A DNA stretch of 64,000 nt, from contig CAVTZU010000001.1 of assembly GCA_963739305.1 (NCBI GenBank), positions 551-64,550 of the forward strand. The letters run 5' to 3'. The notes under the pieces are model-generated. The model searched no databases, was not told where the DNA came from, and saw only the letters and a list, made by a program, of their open reading frames with translations. Positions 56,154-64,000 of the stretch are shown piece by piece. Each line of letters starts with the position of its first letter. The first letter of the stretch is position 1. A program made the translations under genes and the position numbers. This DNA is from Candidatus Bathyarchaeota archaeon (GTDB lineage: Archaea; Thermoproteota; Bathyarchaeia; Bathyarchaeales; Bathycorpusculaceae).

Positions 56154-57344
56154 TCAGTCCTTGAGCTTGATGAAAGCATAGATCGCTAGAAACGGCAACG
56201 CACTGACAGAAACAAGGAACGCATAACTTGGCGAAGAAGTGTAGAGATAACCTCCTAAGTAAGGGGCAACAAACGATGCTACCATACTGCAAGTCTGCGG
56301 AACCGAAATCCATAGACCCTGTTTTGCCCGAGGTGCGATTGCGCCGACGAAGGAGCTAACCAGCGAACCAAGGGCCGCCGAGCCGCCGAGCGTAAATGCG
56401 ATGAACATTAGTGAAGTTGGCTGGTTGATTAACATCATGGGAAGCATTGAGGCCATGTAGAGGATAAGGCATACGCCGATGGCCCAAGACTTTCGCCATC
56501 TGTCCCCCATTCGGCCCATGGCGATTCCTATAAACGTGATTCCCGCGTAGTTTATTGAGCCAAAAAGTCCGACCTGAAATTCGGTCATCTTGATGTTTTC
56601 CGAAAGGAACGTCTGCACGTAGGGTCTACCTATGCTTATGAAGAAGGAAGCGACAGCAAGGAACGCTGACCAAACGATGATTTTTCGCCACAGTTTACGC
56701 TCCTCAGAGAGGGGCAACTGCTCCTTCTGACTTTCTGTCGTTTCCTTTCGTGGATGTTGACTGCGAAGGAAAAAGAATACCGCCGTGGAAACCGCTGAGA
56801 GAACGGTTGAAGCTCGCAGGACCCAGCGCATTCCAATCATCGTTGCAAAATATCCGCCGATGGCAGGGGCGAATATGTAGCTGAAGGAATACGAACCCCA
56901 AACGACTGCAAGGACTGATGCAATCTTGCTCTTGTCTTTGAGGGAAGTGATCACGTAAGCAGTCACTGCTGGAAGCCCAATCATCGATACTCCCCAACAA
57001 AAGGTTCCTGGAATAAGCTGGACCCAGTTGTCGGCGAACGAATAGATCAGTGGCGCGAACACCCATGGTGTCCAAGATAGGATCAGGATCTTTTTGCGGT
57101 CAAATCGGTCAGCCAAGAAGCCTCCTATTAGAGGAACTAGCGCGGCGAATCCCATCAAAGCCGAGAGCACGATGCCAAGCTGGACGATTTCTGCGTTCAA
57201 GGATCTGACGTACAGCGGGAAAACCCAGAAGTATAGTCCTTCGCCAAAGGCGCCTATGACGTTTGAGAGGCAAATCAGCAAGACGTCTCGTGTCAGAACA
57301 TCCGAAGGAAACGCACTTGACAAGAAGCGCTTGTAGTTTGCCAT
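56154..57344 (-). CDS. MFS transporter
   Basis: About 12 helices; GGFLADRFDRKKILIL and GRMGDRWRKS loop motifs. Confidence 0.85.
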   Translation of the reverse strand: MANYKRFLSSAFPSDVLTRDVLLICLSNVIGAFGEGLYFWVFPLYVRSLNAEIVQLGIVLSALMGFAALVPLIGGFLADRFDRKKILILSWTPWVFAPLIYSFADNWVQLIPGTFCWGVSMIGLPAVTAYVITSLKDKSKIASVLAVVWGSYSFSYIFAPAIGGYFATMIGMRWVLRASTVLSAVSTAVFFFLRSQHPRKETTESQKEQLPLSEERKLWRKIIVWSAFLAVASFFISIGRPYVQTFLSENIKMTEFQVGLFGSINYAGITFIGIAMGRMGDRWRKSWAIGVCLILYMASMLPMMLINQPTSLMFIAFTLGGSAALGSLVSSFVGAIAPRAKQGLWISVPQTCSMVASFVAPYLGGYLYTSSPSYAFLVSVSALPFLAIYAFIKLKD

Positions 57345-57445
57345 TGAAAGATCATTCAGTATGGGTAGATTTCGAAATAGAAAGTGAAACGAACCCTTTA
57401 TTCTTTGTCGCTTTTACTGAGTTTCCGTTGCTGTTTTCTCGGCTT

Positions 57446-58549
57446 CTATTTCTTCAACGACGCCTTCAGTGCATCAAGCGCTTCGGTCAGAATAGTAGTC
57501 TCAGGGTCCATGAGTCCGATTCCCAACCTTATCATGTTCGAACTTGCAAGATCGTAGTCGTTCTTGAACAGGAAGAAAGCTCCTGGAACCGGAGCCAAAT
57601 CGTGTTTGGGTATAGCCGTGTTATTTATCCACTTGTAGGTGTCGGTGACGGGCGTTTTAACCCAGTACGCAACGCTGACCTTGTTCGGGAAATACTCAAG
57701 CTTGTTCTCGGTTAGCCATTTTTCAGTTTCTTTTTTCAGTCGAATCCACTTTGCCTTGTGTTCTTGAAGGTGTCTGACCGCTTTGTTAAGAAGTTCAGCA
57801 GCGATAACCTGCACGATGTTCGGGCTGTTGCCGACGGTGTTCAGCACGTCTGTGAATAGTTCTTTCACCAAGTCTTTCTTGGTCAAGGCTATTCCCAGTT
57901 TTACACCTCCAAGTCCATACGCTTTAGTGAAGCTAGTCGTCACTATGCTCAGGTCTGGATCAACAGAGAAGAGGGATGGAACAGTTTTTCTGTCAAATTC
58001 GGCGTAGATTTCGTCACACAACACGTAGAAACCGTGTTGATTCGCAACATCCATGATTTCTTTCAGCTCGTTCCTATTGGATATTGCACCGCTTGGAGCG
58101 TGAGGATTCGTCAGAACTAGTAGCCCTGTCTTTTTGGAAACGATTCTTTCAAGTCGCTCGGCATCAAGTCTGTACTCCTCTTTTTCCCTTCTTTCGAGTC
58201 TCTTTACGGCTGGAAAATGTTCTTGAGTCGTCCTCAACAGAGGCTCGTACGTTGGAAATTCCACGATAGCCTCTCGCTTCTCAGGGTTTCTCTCCGCCAA
58301 GTACCTGATTATTCGGGCGTTCTGGCCTGAAGCCCCCTCGCTTGAGATGAAAACGTTCTCAGATTTGACGTCGTACCATCGTCCTACCTGTCTAAGGGCT
58401 TCGGGATTTCCATATTCATAGTTGACGCTCAAGTTAACGCTGCCCAAGTCCAATTTGTGTTTGAAGAAAGCTACGCCGCTGGAGCGGAAATCGTACTTCA
58501 CTTTATGCACATGGACGTACCAATCCAGGTAGACCGAAGGATGCTTCAT
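57446..58549 (-). CDS. pyridoxal-phosphate-dependent aminotransferase (class I/II)
   Basis: LTNPHAPSG and SFTKAYGLGGVKLG (PLP lysine) motifs. Confidence 0.85.
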   Translation of the reverse strand: MKHPSVYLDWYVHVHKVKYDFRSSGVAFFKHKLDLGSVNLSVNYEYGNPEALRQVGRWYDVKSENVFISSEGASGQNARIIRYLAERNPEKREAIVEFPTYEPLLRTTQEHFPAVKRLERREKEEYRLDAERLERIVSKKTGLLVLTNPHAPSGAISNRNELKEIMDVANQHGFYVLCDEIYAEFDRKTVPSLFSVDPDLSIVTTSFTKAYGLGGVKLGIALTKKDLVKELFTDVLNTVGNSPNIVQVIAAELLNKAVRHLQEHKAKWIRLKKETEKWLTENKLEYFPNKVSVAYWVKTPVTDTYKWINNTAIPKHDLAPVPGAFFLFKNDYDLASSNMIRLGIGLMDPETTILTEALDALKASLKK

Positions 58550-58628
58550 CTTTGATCCCTCAAATCAAGTTTGACACACGGTTATCTTTTTCCGTCAGCT
58601 TGTGCTTTTATGCCTTGAGGGACGATCC

Positions 58629-58907
58629 ATGAAGATTACTCAAACTAAAGACGGATGCATTCTAGAGGTTTCGGTGAAGCCCCGTTCGAGAGAGTTCAGC
58701 ATTCTGTTTGAAGCTGATGAAATCATAATCAGGAGCCGAGAAGAGCCGATTGGTGGCAGGGTCAATAAGGAGCTCATCAGGGAATTGTCAAGACTTTTTG
58801 GTGGGCAAGTGGAAATCGTGTCTGGCTCGACCTCGAAAAGGAAGATGCTGCTCCTGAAGGGCGTTGAGAAAAGCGAAGTTGAACGATTGTTGAAAAGCCT
58901 GCAGTAG
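58629..58907 (+). CDS. DUF167 (YggU) family protein
   Basis: Start chosen at MKITQ. LEVSVKPRSREFSI...GRVNKELIRELSRLFG..VEIVSGSTSKRK. Confidence 0.7.
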   Translation: MKITQTKDGCILEVSVKPRSREFSILFEADEIIIRSREEPIGGRVNKELIRELSRLFGGQVEIVSGSTSKRKMLLLKGVEKSEVERLLKSLQ

Positions 58908-58908
58908 C

Positions 58909-60174
58909 TCATTGTTCATGGACTTTGAATCGGAGGATGGCTGCTACGCCACCGAAGGAGTTCTTGAGCATTTGTCCTTCTTCTGTTTCTGTTGATATGA
59001 CTTCGACTTGGGCGTTTGTGTACTCGGCCAGTCTGGCAAAGTCGTCGATCAGATCCTCTTTTTCAGCTGTGCTTAAAGATGCTGCGCCGCATTTGGGGCA
59101 TTGTTTTCCGACGAGGCTTTGTTCAAACTCGGTCAAGACCTTGTTTTTCACGGTGTTTTGCTCTTGATAGTTACAGGCGCCACACTTGATCGTGACCCGG
59201 CTCATTTCGAGCCCTTCTGACAAAAGCAACGTACTTACTGCGCCGCTTTCGAGCGCTTTTCTGACTTGTTCCTCGCCGTACGTGATCTTCCCAGTGTCGT
59301 GCCCGACCTCGTAAAGAAACTGTTGCACCAGCTTCCTCTCTTCGATGTAACGCACTTTGCGCATTACTTCAGGGGCTTTTTCAACAACTTCTTTGACGCC
59401 TTGTTCTTCAACGTAAGCCGTGTCAACGGTATCGAGGATCTTGTTTTTCAACATGTAATTCAGGTATTCGCCTTTTTCAAAATCGTATTTAGTCGGGCCT
59501 GGCCCAGCGAGTATTATTCCCTTCAAACTCTCTATTGGAAGGAATATACTGTTAGCGTGTTCCCCTACGCGTGTGAAGTACTCTTGGAGCCTCATCTCTC
59601 GCAGTCGTTCGTATCGTCTTGCTGACTGACCTCCAGCCCGTGTCTTACCAGGCACGCCCGACGTCAATTCCTGGACTATTTCAAGCCTTCTGCCCTGTAG
59701 AGTAGCTATTGTGGCGCCTGAAGAGTCTACTAGGAGGATGCCGTAGGTTTCCTTCTCGCGCAGCATCTCTTGGAGGTATTCGGTGTGGAACCTCGCGTCG
59801 CACCTGTAAAGGTATATGCGAATGGGTTCTGGGGGTTCAATGACGTAGGTCTCTATTCTTTCGCTTCCAGCGCCATTTTGAGGTATGGCCCCGCAGAATA
59901 TTACGAGCCCGTTTTCAGGGGGCTCTTTGAAAAGTTTGAGGCGTTGCTGAACCTTGACGATGGCGTCCATGACATTCTTGCGGGTAGTCGTTGATTTTAT
60001 GTTGGACGCTGTCCCATACTCGTCTCTCAGGTTAGTTATTGCATCACTGATCCTTTTGCCAGGGGGCACGTAGAGAGTAATAAGCTCCGTTCCGCGTCCT
60101 TCTTTGCTGGCGAGAGTCGTCAATGTCTTTTTCAGTCTGAACAGTTCTAGAGAAGTCTTCTTTGGTGTACTCAA
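58909..60174 (-). CDS. prf1: peptide chain release factor aRF1
   Basis: TASNIKS (NIKS) and RAGGQSARRYER (GGQ) motifs. The C-domain carries CGACN...CPKCG. Confidence 0.92.
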   Translation of the reverse strand: MSTPKKTSLELFRLKKTLTTLASKEGRGTELITLYVPPGKRISDAITNLRDEYGTASNIKSTTTRKNVMDAIVKVQQRLKLFKEPPENGLVIFCGAIPQNGAGSERIETYVIEPPEPIRIYLYRCDARFHTEYLQEMLREKETYGILLVDSSGATIATLQGRRLEIVQELTSGVPGKTRAGGQSARRYERLREMRLQEYFTRVGEHANSIFLPIESLKGIILAGPGPTKYDFEKGEYLNYMLKNKILDTVDTAYVEEQGVKEVVEKAPEVMRKVRYIEERKLVQQFLYEVGHDTGKITYGEEQVRKALESGAVSTLLLSEGLEMSRVTIKCGACNYQEQNTVKNKVLTEFEQSLVGKQCPKCGAASLSTAEKEDLIDDFARLAEYTNAQVEVISTETEEGQMLKNSFGGVAAILRFKVHEQ

Positions 60175-60246
60175 CGGTTCTCACAAATTCTTTTTCGGTT
60201 TAAAGCTACATCTACAACGAATAAGATAAGATTTTGGGAACATGAT

Positions 60247-61221
60247 TCAGCTTGTCTGGAAAGCTTCCCTCAGGTAGGCTTTGTACGGACCGAGCTTGCC
60301 TCCGTAGTTGCCCGCCGAGATCCTCACAACGCCCTGAACGTTCGAGGCACCTCTGACACCTTCGACAACGGCTTTTTTGACGGCTTCCAAACTTAAACCG
60401 TTCACGACGATCTCGTACACGCAGTCGACGCCCTCGGGAACCTGCGTCTCTGGAACGAGGTCTCTCAGCCTTGGACACAACGGGTGGTTCGTGGACGCCT
60501 TAAGCTTGTACTTCAATGAACCCGCTTTGGAGCCCGACCGACATATTCCCCCTGGAAACGGAAGAATCACATCGGTTGCGTTTGCCTTAATCGCTTTCAC
60601 CGCTTCTTCTGCAGCTTTCAGCCCTGATGCTATGTCTCTTGCCATTATGAGGAAGTTGCCACCGGCCACGGCTTCAGCCACACCGAATTTGTCTTCTACG
60701 ACAAAGTCGCCTTCCATAACGGGGATCTTCCAGACTTTTCTGTCCGCGACAATTCTTTTCCTCTCGTACCCATCTCCGAAATAACGAAGGCTTCGTCCAA
60801 CCTTCAGCCTTCTTTTGGCGTTTGGCAAAGCGTCGAAGGCCGAAGTCGTCGGGCAGGTCATGACGCACTGACCTATGCGAAGGATCATTTGCCCGTTGAG
60901 TTCAAACCTGCCCCGGTTGTATATCTGGATGACAACGCCGATTCGTCCGTCAGGGGTCTCGCTGGACGCAACTATTCCTTCTATTCCTGCTTCAGCCGGA
61001 GACATTATCACGCTTGTCGCAAGGCCAGTCGCATTCGTGGCAGCCGTCAAGGCCCACTTCTCACTGTCGGCGGTGATCAAGACTCTTCCAACCCACATGG
61101 GAAACATTTCGGCGAATGTGTCTACGATAACCACAGTGTTGCCACTTGGAGCAGATATAACGAAGCTCTGATCTTTCTCATCGTGGCTGAGGACCTTCAG
61201 GTTAATTTCGTCTGATGGCAT
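60247..61221 (-). CDS. ftr: formylmethanofuran--tetrahydromethanopterin N-formyltransferase
   Basis: DTFAEMFPMWVGRVLITA, IGQCVMTCPTTSAFDA, FGDGYE, KVWKIPVMEGDFVVED, AGGNFLIMA, PFPGGI and ISAGNYGGKLG all match my recollection of Ftr. Confidence 0.85.
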   Translation of the reverse strand: MPSDEINLKVLSHDEKDQSFVISAPSGNTVVIVDTFAEMFPMWVGRVLITADSEKWALTAATNATGLATSVIMSPAEAGIEGIVASSETPDGRIGVVIQIYNRGRFELNGQMILRIGQCVMTCPTTSAFDALPNAKRRLKVGRSLRYFGDGYERKRIVADRKVWKIPVMEGDFVVEDKFGVAEAVAGGNFLIMARDIASGLKAAEEAVKAIKANATDVILPFPGGICRSGSKAGSLKYKLKASTNHPLCPRLRDLVPETQVPEGVDCVYEIVVNGLSLEAVKKAVVEGVRGASNVQGVVRISAGNYGGKLGPYKAYLREAFQTS

Positions 61222-61331
61222 TTTGAAGCCCTCTGCAAGTAGTTTGCAGCCTCCTTTAAGGATTTTACCACTGTACCCACATAAGCTAGCCCGAGATCGA
61301 AAGCTCTTAACGAAAATGAAGCTTTCAAGCC

Positions 61332-61658
61332 TTAGAGTTGTCTGTTTCCTTTTGTTCGCTCTGCGAGTGAAGATGCCTCTCCGAGGATTTTCTCCACTTC
61401 TCTGTTTGTAATCTGCCTTTCAAGCGCGGCTTCAGGAGGCAGAGGCTCTTCGACCGTCACGTACACTTCAGGCGGCTTCAACTTATTATGAACGATGCGG
61501 TGCACTTTGCCTTCAATGGCTAACCGGTCAATTGCCTTCTTCACTGTTTCAGGCGACTTTCCAAAGTTCTTAACCCCGTAGTTTACCAGATCACTTTCAC
61601 GAGTGTTTCCGTATCGCTCAAGGTACGATATTATCTTTCTTTCAGCGCTCATTGACAT
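61332..61658 (-). CDS. small winged-helix-like protein (hypothetical)
   Basis: KIISYLERYGNTRESDLVNY...AIDRLAIEGKVHRIV. Confidence 0.45.
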   Translation of the reverse strand: MSMSAERKIISYLERYGNTRESDLVNYGVKNFGKSPETVKKAIDRLAIEGKVHRIVHNKLKPPEVYVTVEEPLPPEAALERQITNREVEKILGEASSLAERTKGNRQL

Positions 61659-61821
61659 AGTCCCCTGCTTGAGCAGGCTGCGCAGTCCATTTCGACTTTT
61701 TCGAATTTAAGCGTTGGTTAAACAAAACCTGAAAAACTGGACAGCTCGCAAACAAGGTTTTGCACGATTCAGCTATTAAAGCCTTAAAGGTAATCTTCAG
61801 CAATGGGTACTTGAAGGCGCC

Positions 61822-62112
61822 GTGATGAGTGAGCTGCGTCGTTTGAAGGATAAATTCAAGAGTTGCTATTTAAACGGCTTCTTCCTAGACGCTAGCACTT
61901 TTTTGAAAGCTGACGATGCCGATGTGAGGATAGCTTCACGCAAAGGCGACGATGGAAGACCAACCGAGAAGCCCATGGTCATTTTGAAGAAAGTTGTCGA
62001 GATGACAGTTGACTCTCACGGAAGGATCGTGGCTGTCGAGTGTAAGGAGAAACTTGGAGTTTGGGTTGACGCTTTCGAACACGCGATAGAATGGTTCAAC
62101 AAGCAAGACTAA
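61822..62112 (+). CDS. hypothetical protein
   Basis: 96-aa ORF with no motif. Confidence 0.35.
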   Translation: MMSELRRLKDKFKSCYLNGFFLDASTFLKADDADVRIASRKGDDGRPTEKPMVILKKVVEMTVDSHGRIVAVECKEKLGVWVDAFEHAIEWFNKQD

Positions 62113-62185
62113 GGCCCTAAAGTTCAGTTTGTCAGTTTCTGCTTGACGAAAACATGATATACCCGACGCATGTTCGCATAATCCC

Positions 62186-63568
62186 ATGGCAAGAAAAATC
62201 GTGGTCGTCGGAATGGGGTACGTCGGTATACCCATTGCAGCACTTTTTGCAGACGTTCAAGGCTTCACGGTTGTAGGCGTACAGCGCCTGTCAAAGCGTT
62301 CAGGGTGGAAGATTGATTGGCTGAACAAGGGCAAGAACCCGATCGGAGGAGACGAGCCCGGCCTGTCTGAACTTATCGCTCGCGTGGTCAAGAAGGCCAC
62401 GTTTAAGGTTGTAGAGGACATCGCAACTGTAAGCGATGCAGAAGCCGTCTTGATTGATGTGCAGACTCCGACGGACGCGAACAGAGTCCCTAACTATGAT
62501 TCCTTGAAAGAAGTCAGCGCGAACGTCGGAAAACACATGAAACCTGGCACTCTGATCGTCGTCGAATCCACCGTCGCGCCAGGCACAACTGAGAACTTTG
62601 TAAGACCGATTCTTGAGAAGGCTTCAGGAATGAAAGCTAGCAGAGACTTCTGTCTGGCCTTCTGCTACGAGAGGGTCATGGTGGGACGCTTGATCAAGAA
62701 CATCGTGGATCTTCCCCGCGTGATAGGCGGCATCGATGAAGAAAGCACAAGACGGGCGATGGAACTGTATGGTCACGTTGTGAAAGCGCAGCTGTGCCCA
62801 ACAGACATCGCCACTGCTGAGGTAGCGAAGGTTGTTGAAAACACGTATAGAGACGTTAATATTGCCTTCGCAAACGAGATGGCGCTGATATGTGAAAACC
62901 TCGGCGTCGACGTGTTCAAGGTTCGTGAACTTGTAAACACGCTACCCAACGACCCGAAAAACCCCACTTCGAACCCGGTTAGAAACATGCATTTCCCAGG
63001 AGCCGGCACAGGTGGACACTGTCTTCCGAAGGATCCTTGGTTGCTTAAGTATGGTTTGGACACTTATGGCAGTCGAAAGTTCAACCCGAAAATCATCATT
63101 GGCAGCAGAGAGATTAACGATTACATGCCAGTACACGTTGTCGACTTGGTTGAAGACGCCTTGAGGGAACGTGGAAAAAAGTTGAAAGGTGCAAAAGTGG
63201 CGGTGCTCGGTGTTGCCTTCCTTGAAAATTCGGATGACACGAGGAACACGCCGTCAGCCGCGATATATGCGGAATTGAAGAGGCGGGGAGCCGAACCCGT
63301 TCTCCACGATCCGATCGTGCGCGAGTTCGAGCTTCCCTTTACCAACAATCTGGACAAAGCATTGGAAAACGCGGATGCAGTTGTGCTTTCAACAAAGCAC
63401 AAGGATTATCTTAATCTCGACCTGAAGAAAATGAAAAAGAAGCTCAACACTCCAGTCCTTGTTGACGGCAGAAACGCCTTCGACCGCGAGGCCGCAATTA
63501 AAGCCGGACTGACTTACAGAGGCGTCGGCAAGGGAATACGCGATACGAAAGGAAAAGCCTCAAAGTGA
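62186..63568 (+). CDS. nucleotide-sugar dehydrogenase (UDP-ManNAc/UDP-glucose dehydrogenase family)
   Basis: VVGMGYVGIP Rossmann motif and the catalytic Cys context GTGGHCLPKDP. Confidence 0.88.
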   Translation: MARKIVVVGMGYVGIPIAALFADVQGFTVVGVQRLSKRSGWKIDWLNKGKNPIGGDEPGLSELIARVVKKATFKVVEDIATVSDAEAVLIDVQTPTDANRVPNYDSLKEVSANVGKHMKPGTLIVVESTVAPGTTENFVRPILEKASGMKASRDFCLAFCYERVMVGRLIKNIVDLPRVIGGIDEESTRRAMELYGHVVKAQLCPTDIATAEVAKVVENTYRDVNIAFANEMALICENLGVDVFKVRELVNTLPNDPKNPTSNPVRNMHFPGAGTGGHCLPKDPWLLKYGLDTYGSRKFNPKIIIGSREINDYMPVHVVDLVEDALRERGKKLKGAKVAVLGVAFLENSDDTRNTPSAAIYAELKRRGAEPVLHDPIVREFELPFTNNLDKALENADAVVLSTKHKDYLNLDLKKMKKKLNTPVLVDGRNAFDREAAIKAGLTYRGVGKGIRDTKGKASK

Positions 63569-63574
63569 CTCAAG

Positions 63575-64000
63575 ATGGAAGACTGCGTTTTCTGCAACAT
63601 AGTCAAAGGAGAGGGTGCAGAGAGCCTCGTTTATTCCGATGAGAAAACTATCGCTTTCATGGACATCCAACCCGTGAACACTGAACATGTCCTGGTCATT
63701 CCGAAAGCGCACGCAGCAGGCCTGTCGGATCTGGATGAAGAAACGGGCGCGCATGTTTTCAAAGTTGGAATGCGAGTTGCCAACGCCATCAAGCGCGCGC
63801 GACGAATGGCGAAGCAGCGTCGCAGGACGTTTTTCACATTTCACTTGCACATTATTCCCTAGGTTTAGGGGCGACAGCTTTGGGATTAGGTTGGGTCACA
63901 TCATGATTTTGGCCAGGGAATCTGCTGCAAAAGCTGTCCAAAAAGAAAAGGCAAAACCCTGTTCTCTAATGAACCAGCATGTCTCTTCACGCAGTTTTCC
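63575..64000 (+). pseudogene. HIT family hydrolase with about three frame breaks between 63797 and 63860; runs to the window edge
   Basis: The N-terminal CVFCNIVKGE...AFMDIQPVNTEHVLVIPKAH is intact. The C-terminus is spread over three frames: TNGEAASQDVFH / FHLHIIP / PRFRGDSFGIRLG. Confidence 0.7.

Noticed and set aside
1-64000. CRISPR arrays, rRNA genes and classical defence genes (cas, restriction-modification, Argonaute and similar).
   Set aside because: I saw no regularly spaced 25-40-nt repeats, no rRNA-like sequence and no ORF with recognisable defence-system motifs on visual inspection. A formal scan could still find degenerate cases.

Overview
This is an archaeal chromosomal segment. 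The calls rest on archaeal-type ribosomal proteins, RNA polymerase subunits D and N, aRF1, SMC-ScpAB, archaeal mevalonate-pathway genes, a class III (type IV pilin-like) signal peptide, an intron-containing tRNA and a PEF-CTERM sorting signal. All calls come from manual reading of the ORF track and the DNA; no searches were run. The conserved core has three parts. (1) 20.5-31.2 kb (+): rps13-rps4-rps11-rpoD-rpl18e-rpl13-rps9-rpoN-eno-rps2-MEMO-mvk-ipk-idi2-GGPP synthase, followed by gltX and srp19. (2) 33.3-38.6 kb (-): rps8e, scpB, scpA, smc. (3) Housekeeping and transport genes: rpiA, IMPase-family phosphatase, Hsp20, RPA-like OB-fold protein, two MFS transporters, M29 aminopeptidase, aminotransferase, aRF1, ftr and a nucleotide-sugar dehydrogenase. 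Four tRNA genes are present: Leu-UAG, Thr-GGU, Met/Ile2-CAU with a roughly 37-nt intron 3' of the anticodon stem, and Ala-UGC. Two AT-richer accessory regions stand out. The first (44.0-48.2 kb) is a roughly 4.2-kb integrated element in tRNA-Ala. It is bounded by 58-bp direct repeats and has an SSV-type (att-inside-int) tyrosine recombinase. Its cargo includes a secreted beta-helix protein with a PEF-CTERM anchor. The second (5.5-11.3 kb) is a decayed related island next to tRNA-Met. It is bounded by imperfect 46-nt (5505-5550) and 47-nt (11235-11281) direct repeats and carries a paralogous beta-helix/PEF-CTERM gene. A roughly 430-450-bp module is duplicated between the two regions and encodes a small membrane protein interrupted by an in-frame TGA in both copies. 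Other points of interest are a compact operon of two Roadblock/LC7-like proteins plus a coiled-coil protein beside a pilin-like gene, and tandem paralogous zinc-ribbon/B-box-like membrane proteins. There are also two local clusters of frameshifts (1.2-2.3 kb and 63.8 kb) that are either real pseudogenes or local sequence errors. I saw no CRISPR array, no rRNA gene and no recognisable defence system. Many genes appear to use TTG or GTG start codons, so several start coordinates are uncertain.
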